Below are positions 27,200 through 35,047 of a stretch of DNA of 37,931 nt, piece by piece; position 1 is the stretch's first letter; each line of letters starts with the position of its first letter. The DNA lies in IMG/VR virus record IMGVR_UViG_3300045988_115844; one strand, written 5' to 3'. Position numbers and translations under genes: made by a program. The notes beneath the pieces are model-generated. The model was not told where the DNA came from, did no database searches, and saw only the letters and a list, made by a program, of their open reading frames with translations. The stretch comes from a virus.

Positions 27200-28681
27200 A
27201 TGGCATTTACACAAGAACAGGAGGCGAAGCTGGCGCAGTTGCTGGCAGCCTTTGAGAACGGCAAGCGCATCAACGAACTGGACCAGGCAACCGGTGAGCT
27301 TGGCGCTATGCAGATTGAAGTCATGGACGAGACGGGCGAAACCCGGCGCATGGAGCTGGAGCGTGCAGTGTCGGAAGCCGGCAACCCGATAGCGGGCCGC
27401 TGGTGGAACGAGGACAACGCCACGACCAAGGCGGCCGGCTGGTTCGGCTCGCTTGAAGCCCTTAGAAAGTTGCCTGAGACATTGGGGCTTGGTCGCTACC
27501 TTGTGGCTGACGACCACACCATGCGCAAGCTTGACCCGAAAGACAGCACCAAGTTTGAGGACGGCAGCCCTGCGGCACTGGACGGCTCAATGGGTCAGTG
27601 TATGTGGTGCTGGTCACGTCCGTGGTACTTTACCACTTGGCGCGAGGGCTCACGCAGCTATTGGGCAATAACCTTGAAGCCTATCGAGGGGCGCACAAGT
27701 TACCGCATACCTGTTGGCGGCACTTCTTGGCTTGGTGCCGGGGTAATGGACCGCACGGAAAACAAGCTGTGTTCCGTAATCAGCGACAGCGAGCGTTATA
27801 GAGGCGGTAACGGTTCTGCACTGACCCCTGCAAATACGGAAAAACGCCCGGCACTTGATACCCCACAGGCTACAATGCTGGGAATGGCTGCAACTGCTAT
27901 CAGTACAACAGCCTTCGGCACCAACGCACGCAAGCGCGGTGACGGTTGGGAGGCTAACTGGTTCGTGGCACAGGCGGCCGTTGAAATCCTTTTGCTTGTC
28001 ATTATGGGCGACCGTAACACACAGGCTGCATTCAAGGCTGAACGTGATGCCGATGGCTTGTTCCAGGGTGGTTTTGGCGACGGTGTTACAACAATAGGCT
28101 GGCAGGACTGGGCGGACTATAACGGTAATTATCCACTTGTCCCCACGAGTGTCGGTCTGGAAATGGGCGACGGTACGGGCATAGTCTCTTACTCGTTGCC
28201 GGCAAGCGAGAGCGCGGAGAATCAGGAAATCCCATACAAGACATTTAACGTGCCTGTATTCTTTGGCTTGGTACATGCTGGCTATGGCCATTTGTGGCGT
28301 TGGGTGCGCGGCTTGATAATCAGCCAGGAAGCCGGGGTAAAAACGGAGGTGTATGTCGCACAGAGTATGGCGGCGGCCTTTGACCCTAATAGTGTGGCAG
28401 GTCTTAAAAAGGTGGCAGAATGTCCACAGAAAGAGGGCTACATCAAGCGCAAGAGTTTTGAGGGATTGTGCGCCATGCCTACTGAAGTAGGCGGAAGTTC
28501 AGCCACCTATTTTGCCGACTATTTTTATACCAACGGAGCCACTCAGACGGGCCTTCGTGTCCGCGCGGCTGGCGGTTACGCTACCTATGGTGCGACTGCG
28601 GGCGCGTTCTACGTGTCTGCGCACTATGCGGCTTCGTATGCGCTTGCGTACTACTCGTCGCCCCTATACTTGCACGAATAA
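27200..28681 (+). CDS. DGR target (variable) protein, C-type-lectin-like C-terminus; likely receptor-binding tail protein
   Basis: The C-terminus reads GGSSATYFADYFYTNGATQTGLRVRAAGGYATYGATAGAFYVSAHYAASYALAYYSS. The DGR RT lies 160 bp downstream. Confidence 0.7.
   Translation: MAFTQEQEAKLAQLLAAFENGKRINELDQATGELGAMQIEVMDETGETRRMELERAVSEAGNPIAGRWWNEDNATTKAAGWFGSLEALRKLPETLGLGRYLVADDHTMRKLDPKDSTKFEDGSPAALDGSMGQCMWCWSRPWYFTTWREGSRSYWAITLKPIEGRTSYRIPVGGTSWLGAGVMDRTENKLCSVISDSERYRGGNGSALTPANTEKRPALDTPQATMLGMAATAISTTAFGTNARKRGDGWEANWFVAQAAVEILLLVIMGDRNTQAAFKAERDADGLFQGGFGDGVTTIGWQDWADYNGNYPLVPTSVGLEMGDGTGIVSYSLPASESAENQEIPYKTFNVPVFFGLVHAGYGHLWRWVRGLIISQEAGVKTEVYVAQSMAAAFDPNSVAGLKKVAECPQKEGYIKRKSFEGLCAMPTEVGGSSATYFADYFYTNGATQTGLRVRAAGGYATYGATAGAFYVSAHYAASYALAYYSSPLYLHE
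28505..28660 (+). repeat. DGR variable region (VR), approximate limits
   Basis: Between 28574 and 28660, invariant GGT/GCG/GCT/GGC/TCG codons alternate with TAC ACC TAT ACT TAC TCT CAC TAT TAT CTT TAC TAC. Confidence 0.6.
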
Positions 28682-28841
28682 AAATTACATTGCGATAAAG
28701 GGGCTGGACCGTGCCACTTGGCAAAAGATAACATGAATGCAGAGGATGCCGGTAGGACCAAGGCGAAAGCCGTCAGGTGTTGACAGTTTCCGAAGCGTGC
28801 ATAGCAGACCCAAAGACCCGATAAAATGACCCGAAGACCCA

Positions 28842-30200
28842 ATGAAACGATACGGCTATTTGTTCGAGCGCATCTGTTCGCTTGACAATCTGCGTGCCGC
28901 CGCCTGTAATGCGGCACAAGGCAAGCGCCGGCGCGATGAGGTGCAGAAGTTTTTTGCAGACCTTGAAAGCAACCTGCAAGAGATACGCACGGAACTGCTT
29001 TGCCGGACTTACAGGACTTCACCTTATGAAGTCTTTATAAAGTACGAGCCCAAACGGCGCGAGATTTACAAACTGCCTTTTAAGGACAGGGTCGTGCAAT
29101 GGGCCATTATGTTAGTCCTTGAGCCGATATGGACACCGCAGTTTACGGCAGACACGCATGCCTGTATAAAGGGGCGCGGCATTCATTCCCTGCTTAAACA
29201 GCTGCGTAACGACTTGGCGGAAGACCCTGAGGGGACACGATACTGCTTCAAGCTGGACGTGCGCAAGTTTTACCCGAGCATAGACCATGACATCCTTAAA
29301 ATGGTCATACGCCGTAAAATCAAAGACCCTGCGGTTCTTCTGTTGCTTGATGGCATCATAGACAGTGCCCCGGGCGTTCCAATCGGCAACTACATTTCCC
29401 AATACTTCGCCAATCTTTATTTGTCAGAACTTGACCACCGCATCAAAGAGGTGGCCGGGGTGCGTTATTATTACCGCTATGCTGACGATATTGTGGTGCT
29501 GGCAGGAGACAAGGCGACTTTGCACGGTGTCCGCGTGTTCATAAACGACTACCTGAACACCGAGCGCAATTTGTCTATGAAAAGCAATTATCAGATTTTT
29601 CCGGTGGAAAGCCGGGGAATTGATTTTGTGGGCTATGTTACCTACCACACCCACAGCCTTGCACGCAAGCGCAACAAACAAGGACTGTGCAGGGAGGTGG
29701 CGAAGTTGAGAAAAAAGGGAGTCCCCGAACCTGATATCATGTTGCGGACAGCTTCACGCGTCGGCTTCATGGTGCATTGTAACAGCAAACATCTATTAAA
29801 AATTCTTGGTATGAAAAAATTCAGTGAACTTGTGCCGGCAAAGACCGGCAACCTGACAGGTACGAAGTACCACATCGATGCAATCCTGAACCGTGAAATC
29901 CACCTTACAGGTTACACGGTCGCACCGTCAAAGCACAATGCGGAACCTTGCCTCACACTCCAATACGAGATTGAGGAGCCGCTAATGGAAGTAATGGCAG
30001 ACGGAACGAGCCGCCACGTAATCGACGACCAGGGCAACCAGGTCAAAGGCTGGGTGCAGCATATAACCTTCACGGGCAGTCAGGCGCTAATACGTCAGTT
30101 GGACGGTGTGGAGATAACGGAACCGCTCAGGGCTAAAATAATAAAACAACCAATCGAACGGAATCGGTGCTTTTATAAAATCGTCGATCCGGACGATTAA
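28842..30200 (+). CDS. DGR-type reverse transcriptase with a ~120-aa C-terminal extension
   Basis: KLDVRKFYPSIDH, PIGNYISQYFANLYL (the DGR-specific SQ motif), YADD at 29478-29489, and IDFVGY. Confidence 0.85.
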   Translation: MKRYGYLFERICSLDNLRAAACNAAQGKRRRDEVQKFFADLESNLQEIRTELLCRTYRTSPYEVFIKYEPKRREIYKLPFKDRVVQWAIMLVLEPIWTPQFTADTHACIKGRGIHSLLKQLRNDLAEDPEGTRYCFKLDVRKFYPSIDHDILKMVIRRKIKDPAVLLLLDGIIDSAPGVPIGNYISQYFANLYLSELDHRIKEVAGVRYYYRYADDIVVLAGDKATLHGVRVFINDYLNTERNLSMKSNYQIFPVESRGIDFVGYVTYHTHSLARKRNKQGLCREVAKLRKKGVPEPDIMLRTASRVGFMVHCNSKHLLKILGMKKFSELVPAKTGNLTGTKYHIDAILNREIHLTGYTVAPSKHNAEPCLTLQYEIEEPLMEVMADGTSRHVIDDQGNQVKGWVQHITFTGSQALIRQLDGVEITEPLRAKIIKQPIERNRCFYKIVDPDD

Positions 30201-30215
30201 AAAAGCAAATAAACA

Positions 30216-30587
30216 ATGAACACAGCGACCTACACAGAAAGAAAAAAGTTTGTAAAGTATGATGAAAACCACGTGCTGCTTTATCTGAACGAGCAGCCGG
30301 GTGAAGTTACCGACCAGGAGACCGGCAAAAGTGTGCCGGGGTTCTCTTACACTGGCGACCAGCCGGACGGTGGCACATTGATTGAGGCGACCGGCGTAAC
30401 TGATGAGAACCGACGCGACAAGTTTGTAGCTGGGCTTATAGGCTTCCACTACGACATTGACGCGCAGATCGCCACACTTGCCAACGGTGCAGACACACCA
30501 GAACACGCTGCGGAACTGGCGCAGTTCTCTGCCTTGCGTGCGCAGTGTAAGGACGAAGTGGACGAACTTCTGGCACGAACCCTCTAA
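30216..30587 (+). CDS. Hypothetical acidic protein
   Basis: 123-aa ORF directly after the RT. Confidence 0.5.
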   Translation: MNTATYTERKKFVKYDENHVLLYLNEQPGEVTDQETGKSVPGFSYTGDQPDGGTLIEATGVTDENRRDKFVAGLIGFHYDIDAQIATLANGADTPEHAAELAQFSALRAQCKDEVDELLARTL

Positions 30588-30599
30588 CCTGTTCCGGCT

Positions 30600-31472
30600 A
30601 TGGCACGAACGATAGAGGACATAAAAAATGGCATGACCGCTGAGTGGATAAAGCAGCCGGCGGTCATGTCTGCCTACGGGCTTGACGGGAAAAAGACTTT
30701 TAAGGACTGTTTCAGTGCGGCAAGCCTTGAAAATATCCTGTTCTATGTCTTTGCCTTTGCCGTCTGGTCGCTTGAGTCATTGTTTGATATGCACCGCCAG
30801 GAGGTGGAGCAGCTCATTGAGGAGCTGGAGCCCCACACCCTGCGCTGGTATGTGGCAAAGACAAAAGCCTATATGCAGGGCTGCAAGCTTGTGGCCGACA
30901 GCGACTATTACGACACAAGCGCAATGACCCCCACGGACATAGAAGCCGCCAAGGTGGTCAAATATGCCGTTGCCACCGAGAGCAACACGGTGGTATATAT
31001 CAAGGTCGCCAGGCAGGACGCTGACGGCAACCCTGCAAAGCTGACCGACACGCAACTTGCCGGACTTCGTGCCTATCTGGACGAAATCAAGGACGCCGGT
31101 GTCTCCGTGCAGGTGCGAAATGAGCCGGCAGACGACATGCAAATTTCCCTTGTGATTTATTATGACCCTACATTATTGAGCGTGGACGGAAACGGCGCGG
31201 GCATACTTTCCGACGGCTCCGAGCCGGTGCGTGAAGCCGTGCAGTCGGTCATTACCGGTCTGCCGTTTAATGGCGTGTTTCGTAAAAGCGACCTGATGGC
31301 AGCTCTGCAAGCCCTTCCGTGCGTGGAGGTGGCGGACATCAAGAGCGTGCAGGTAAAGCCGCACAGCGCAAAGGAATATGAAACGGTTACAGGCTTCAAC
31401 AGGCCTTACAGCGGCTATTACAGCATCAACAGCCTTACCGTGGACTACCAACCTTATAAAGCCGTTGAATGA
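30600..31472 (+). CDS. Putative baseplate wedge (J-like) protein
   Basis: Called from position and size only. Confidence 0.35.
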   Translation: MARTIEDIKNGMTAEWIKQPAVMSAYGLDGKKTFKDCFSAASLENILFYVFAFAVWSLESLFDMHRQEVEQLIEELEPHTLRWYVAKTKAYMQGCKLVADSDYYDTSAMTPTDIEAAKVVKYAVATESNTVVYIKVARQDADGNPAKLTDTQLAGLRAYLDEIKDAGVSVQVRNEPADDMQISLVIYYDPTLLSVDGNGAGILSDGSEPVREAVQSVITGLPFNGVFRKSDLMAALQALPCVEVADIKSVQVKPHSAKEYETVTGFNRPYSGYYSINSLTVDYQPYKAVE

Positions 31473-32026
31473 TGTTTGAGATAGACTTTAAGCGACTTGT
31501 CGCCCTTCTGCTTCCCATGAGGTTGCGCCGTCCCCTTATCTTCGGGGTATTGCGTGCCGGTGTCAGTGGGGTGGAACGGGTTTACAAGGATTTTATGGCG
31601 GCGCGTAAGGAGCATAACTTCCGCCTGACGCATAACGGGCAAGTCTGTTATTTGCAGGGCGTGTTAAACTACTGTTTCGGTCGGGGCTTCAAAATCGGCA
31701 ACATCAAGAGGGAGGGCGACTGGCTGTATGCCATAACTGAAACAGGGGAAAACATCACATTGGCATCTACTGAGGAGGGAAAGGGGGTGCCGGTGTTATA
31801 TAGCGAGCAGATGCTTAACGCTGCTCAAAATGATTTTGTGGTATTTGTTCCGGGCATCTATTGGACGCGCCTGGAAGAAATAAAGGCAATGGTGGACAGA
31901 TATAAACTCGTGACCAAGCGTGCGCACTACATCAAGACCAACAGCCTGTATTCCGTTATGCAGGATTTGGAGATAGTGACGACCTGGACCCCAGATGTGT
32001 TTAACCAATTAACAGCAACAAAATAA
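31469..32026 (+). CDS. Putative baseplate/tail protein
   Basis: ATGA overlap. Confidence 0.4.
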   Translation: MMFEIDFKRLVALLLPMRLRRPLIFGVLRAGVSGVERVYKDFMAARKEHNFRLTHNGQVCYLQGVLNYCFGRGFKIGNIKREGDWLYAITETGENITLASTEEGKGVPVLYSEQMLNAAQNDFVVFVPGIYWTRLEEIKAMVDRYKLVTKRAHYIKTNSLYSVMQDLEIVTTWTPDVFNQLTATK

Positions 32027-33333
32027 TGAATACCGCAAGTTATACAAGCACGACCACGGCCACCGGTGGGGTCGGCAAATATCCGCTTTCGACCGAAACG
32101 CTGGACTTTATCCAATCACAAATAAAGTTGCTTGAATGTCTGGCAGGCATAGGCGGCAAAAATTACATTTTGCAGACGGGGACGGGCGGCATAGTCGTCA
32201 TTACCCAGAAGAACGGCACCCCTGAGGTGCTGGAGCTGATGCAGAAGCCTGCATTTTCCCAGTCGGTGAAATATGTGACGGTGATAACCGAAACAGAGGA
32301 CATCAAAGCTGATGATGAGACATATCTGGAGGCACGCACATACCGCCGTGCCCAGTTCACGACCGCCAAGGGCGAGGAAAGCTACGACATCAACAGTTTT
32401 GCCAACGTGTCCGGCAAAGCACTTGGAGCCTTCCCGAGCAACACCCTTTTGGCGGAGCAGATTAAGAACCTTCCCGCAACGGTTCTGGAGTACCTCAAAG
32501 ACACATTGGCGCAGAAGCTCACAAGCAAGCAGCTGAAAGGCGTAACCAAGGAGCAGATAAATAACCTACGCACAGCCTGCGTCTTGTCGTGCACCGAAAG
32601 CGTTGCCCTTTTCGGGGCGACAGACTACACCCTTGTAATTACCGAGCAGGGTACCAAGAATGTAAGGCAGGAACTGATACAGGGCGACAATGTGCGTTAT
32701 ATCCGCACAGGAGACCGAACCACCTGGGGCGCATGGGAGCAGCAGACGGAAACGGCAATGCACCTGGAAGTTAAAATCGTTGGCACCACAGTTTACGTGC
32801 GTCATGGAGTTATTGGAACGGACTGCGACCTTGTGCTGCTGCGCAAAAAGAAGCGCAGCGCATGGCGTGCCACGGGAGGCGTCAAGGCATACGCTAAAAA
32901 CAGGGGTGTCCGTAAAAAGAGAGCCGCCAAAATGCAGTATGTGCATTTCAAGGGCATACGGCTGAGCAAGGGAACACCCGGCAAGTGGTATGTGCCCAAG
33001 TGCATAGCCGTGGCGGACAGCAAGGCAGACAACAACCTCATAGGCAAAGAATTGCCGGGCTTGTGCGCGTCATTGTTCTATGTCTCCGCTGATGGCTCTT
33101 TTCGCATTCAGGGTGTCCGCAAAAGAATAGTGCTGAAAAATGCGCCACACAAAAAGGGCGTGCAGCATTCCGGATATGCGCCTATTGGCTTGCAGATAGC
33201 ACGCCTTAACAGTGTCGGCGGCAAGGACAGCGGCGGTGAAATAGTGGGTATGAAATACAGAATAAGACAGCAGAAATTCAAGGTGAAGAACACCATAAAC
33301 TATGTGTTCCGCAGAACTTTCTCCGTTGAATAA
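32026..33333 (+). CDS. Putative tail fibre/distal tail protein with a very basic C-terminal third
   Basis: TAATG overlap. Last gene of the late operon, followed by a terminator. Confidence 0.4.
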   Translation: MNTASYTSTTTATGGVGKYPLSTETLDFIQSQIKLLECLAGIGGKNYILQTGTGGIVVITQKNGTPEVLELMQKPAFSQSVKYVTVITETEDIKADDETYLEARTYRRAQFTTAKGEESYDINSFANVSGKALGAFPSNTLLAEQIKNLPATVLEYLKDTLAQKLTSKQLKGVTKEQINNLRTACVLSCTESVALFGATDYTLVITEQGTKNVRQELIQGDNVRYIRTGDRTTWGAWEQQTETAMHLEVKIVGTTVYVRHGVIGTDCDLVLLRKKKRSAWRATGGVKAYAKNRGVRKKRAAKMQYVHFKGIRLSKGTPGKWYVPKCIAVADSKADNNLIGKELPGLCASLFYVSADGSFRIQGVRKRIVLKNAPHKKGVQHSGYAPIGLQIARLNSVGGKDSGGEIVGMKYRIRQQKFKVKNTINYVFRRTFSVE

Positions 33334-33344
33334 CCAAACGTAAG

Positions 33345-33692
33345 GGCATAAAAAAAGTGGGGCGGTAAACCTCACTTTTAAGTCCCTGCGGCCGAGGCAC
33401 GATGTACGCACGTCAAAGTAGTAATAAAAACTATTGCTACCGGTCTGCTTAACACTTTTTGGAAGCAGTTCGCTTCACGGGATTAAACAGGAAGCAAAGG
33501 GACGGGGTTAAATCTTGCTATTCCCTCATTGCTTTCATGGAAAGGCTGCGGGGAACTCGGATTGAGCATTTTTCAGTTCCCCACGGTTGCGGGGAAACGA
33601 ACGTCGCCGAAGCTAACAAACAGGTTTTTTAACGAAAATTCTAAACGGTGCATATCGGGCTACAAACGGACTTTTACTGGAGTTCTAACAGA
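33345..33692 (-). ncRNA. Candidate ~340-nt structured ncRNA (promoter-to-terminator prediction)
   Basis: A - strand promoter at 33698-33729 and a - strand terminator at 33351-33380. The longest - strand ORFs I found by hand are under 30 aa. Alternative hairpins lie around 33546-33595. Confidence 0.35.
33351..33380. terminator. Bidirectional intrinsic terminator
   Basis: AAAAAAGTGGGG cggtaaa CCTCACTTTT, with an A-run and a T-run on either side. Confidence 0.6.
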
Positions 33693-33697
33693 TGTTG

Positions 33698-33729
33698 CAA
33701 AGGTACGACTAATTTCTTTATACAACAAA
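33698..33729 (-). promoter_or_regulatory. Bacteroides-type promoter on the - strand
   Basis: The reverse complement reads TTTG-N20-TAccTTTGCAAC. Confidence 0.45.
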
Positions 33730-33753
33730 CAAAATACGAGGTAATTATGCTGA

Positions 33754-34578
33754 ATGAGCAGGATTTATAAAAGTGCGCCGCTTCCTTTTATGGGGCAAAA
33801 GCGGTATTTCGTCCGGGCGTTTTCAGAAACGCTTGGAGCGGTGGAGGGAAAGATTGACACGGTGGTCGATTTGTTCGGTGGCAGCGGTCTGCTGAGCCAT
33901 ACAGCCAAAAAGGTGTTGCCAGGTTGCCGGGTCGTTTATAACGACTATGACGGTTACTCGCAGCGTCTCGCACATGTCGAGCAGACGAATGAAATTTTAA
34001 TGCTGATTAAAGAGCGGTTAAAAGGCGTTCAACCGAATGCCAGGTTAAGCGACAGCCAGCGTGCCGATGTGCTGGCCATTGTTGAAAAATATGAAGCCGC
34101 CGGCTACGTGGACGTAATGACAATAGGTCGCTCGGTGCTGTTCAGCGGCAAATGGGTCAAGACCCTGGACGAACTGCGCAAACACACGATGTACAACCGT
34201 GTGAAGCCTGGCGGTTATGACTGTTCCGGTTATCTTGACGGTCTGGAAGTGGTCAGAATGGATTACAGGGAACTGTTTGCCAAGCATAAGGACAACAGCC
34301 GTGCGCTGTTCGTGCTGGATCCGCCATATCTTACTACCGAGGTCGGCCAATATGAGAACTACTGGAGGCTCACCGATTATTTGGACGTGTTGAAGCTTAC
34401 AAAGGGTACGAAATATGTTTATTTCACCTCTGACAAGTCCCAGATAACGGAACTGTGCAACTGGCTGGTCTGCGAGTTCGGCGAAGCTGCGCCACTTTAT
34501 GGGGCAAATAAGCAGGTGCGGACCAATACCCTTAACTACCAGGCGAAATTTAATGATATGATGATAACAAAACTCTAA
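33754..34578 (+). CDS. N6-adenine DNA methyltransferase (Dam/D12 class)
   Basis: PFMGQKRYF, DLFGGSG (motif I) and LDPPY (motif IV). Confidence 0.8.
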   Translation: MSRIYKSAPLPFMGQKRYFVRAFSETLGAVEGKIDTVVDLFGGSGLLSHTAKKVLPGCRVVYNDYDGYSQRLAHVEQTNEILMLIKERLKGVQPNARLSDSQRADVLAIVEKYEAAGYVDVMTIGRSVLFSGKWVKTLDELRKHTMYNRVKPGGYDCSGYLDGLEVVRMDYRELFAKHKDNSRALFVLDPPYLTTEVGQYENYWRLTDYLDVLKLTKGTKYVYFTSDKSQITELCNWLVCEFGEAAPLYGANKQVRTNTLNYQAKFNDMMITKL

Positions 34579-34599
34579 CCTCATTCACAGGCGGAGGCA

Positions 34600-34722
34600 A
34601 TAAAAAAGCCCCCGGCTTGTTTGCAGAATCCTACCTCATACAAACGCAACGCACCAAAGCACGGCAGCCGGGGGCAAAAGCCTTCCGTCCGTGCTTTGGC
34701 GCGTTTATATATTTGAGGTAGG
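34600..34722 (-). ncRNA. Candidate ~120-nt sRNA convergent with the methyltransferase gene
   Basis: A - strand promoter at 34728-34757. Three interleaved complementary pairs lie at 34608-17/34666-75, 34630-38/34714-22 and 34651-64/34689-702. On the - strand a GC stem is followed by TTTTTT. Confidence 0.35.
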
Positions 34723-34727
34723 AGTTG

Positions 34728-34757
34728 CAAAGGTACAAATAAACTGCTGAATGACAA
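34728..34757 (-). promoter_or_regulatory. Bacteroides-type promoter on the - strand
   Basis: The reverse complement reads TTG-N19-TAccTTTGCAAC, with the same 13-mer core as at 33694-33706. Confidence 0.4.
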
Positions 34758-34993
34758 TATATGAGGTCTTGAAATTTATCGGCGAGCCATTGGAAAGGCT
34801 TACAGATGCAGGAATAAAAACAGGTGATTACAAGTATATTGCACTTTATGAGGATTACAGGAAAGCCCTAAAAACAGGCGAAAAGGTAGGTTATATCGTG
34901 GCGGTTCTTGCGGAGCGTTACGGAGTGAGCGAGCGAACTGTTTACGATGTTGTAAAGCGGTTCGGCAAGGACTGCAAATCCTTTTCAGTGTGA
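34751..34993 (+). CDS. Mor/C-family-like small HTH transcription activator (tentative)
   Basis: The C-terminal LAERYGVSERTVYDVVKRF resembles the Mor/C HTH. Confidence 0.4.
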   Translation: MTIYEVLKFIGEPLERLTDAGIKTGDYKYIALYEDYRKALKTGEKVGYIVAVLAERYGVSERTVYDVVKRFGKDCKSFSV

Positions 34994-35006
34994 TATTGCG
35001 CAAAAC

Positions 35007-35038
35007 TTTGCGAGAGGCTCATAAACGGCCTAATTTTG
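35007..35038 (+). promoter_or_regulatory. Consensus Bacteroides promoter for the ThyA-like gene
   Basis: TTTG (35007-35010), N20, then TAatTTTG (35031-35038). The ATG lies 9 nt downstream. Confidence 0.55.
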
Positions 35039-35047
35039 CGCCTACGA

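Noticed and set aside
28682-28841. The VR-to-RT spacer as the DGR template repeat.
   Set aside because: It is A-rich and in the right place, but I could not align it collinearly with 28505-28680 under the A-to-N rule. Only gaccaaggcg matches a distant part of the target gene.
30216-30587. The small ORF next to the RT as an Avd-type DGR accessory protein.
   Set aside because: Avd proteins are small, basic helical bundles. This one is clearly acidic and shows no matching pattern.
33361-33445. Similarity of ...gtaataaaaactattgc to the VR-distal sequence ...gaataaaaattacattgc (28674-28692) as a remote TR or IMH copy.
   Set aside because: It is a short, AT-rich, gapped match with no upstream collinearity to the VR.
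33529-33744. A 71-aa + strand ORF in the large intergenic gap.
   Set aside because: It starts at TTG, has no promoter or coupling, and lies across predicted RNA helices.
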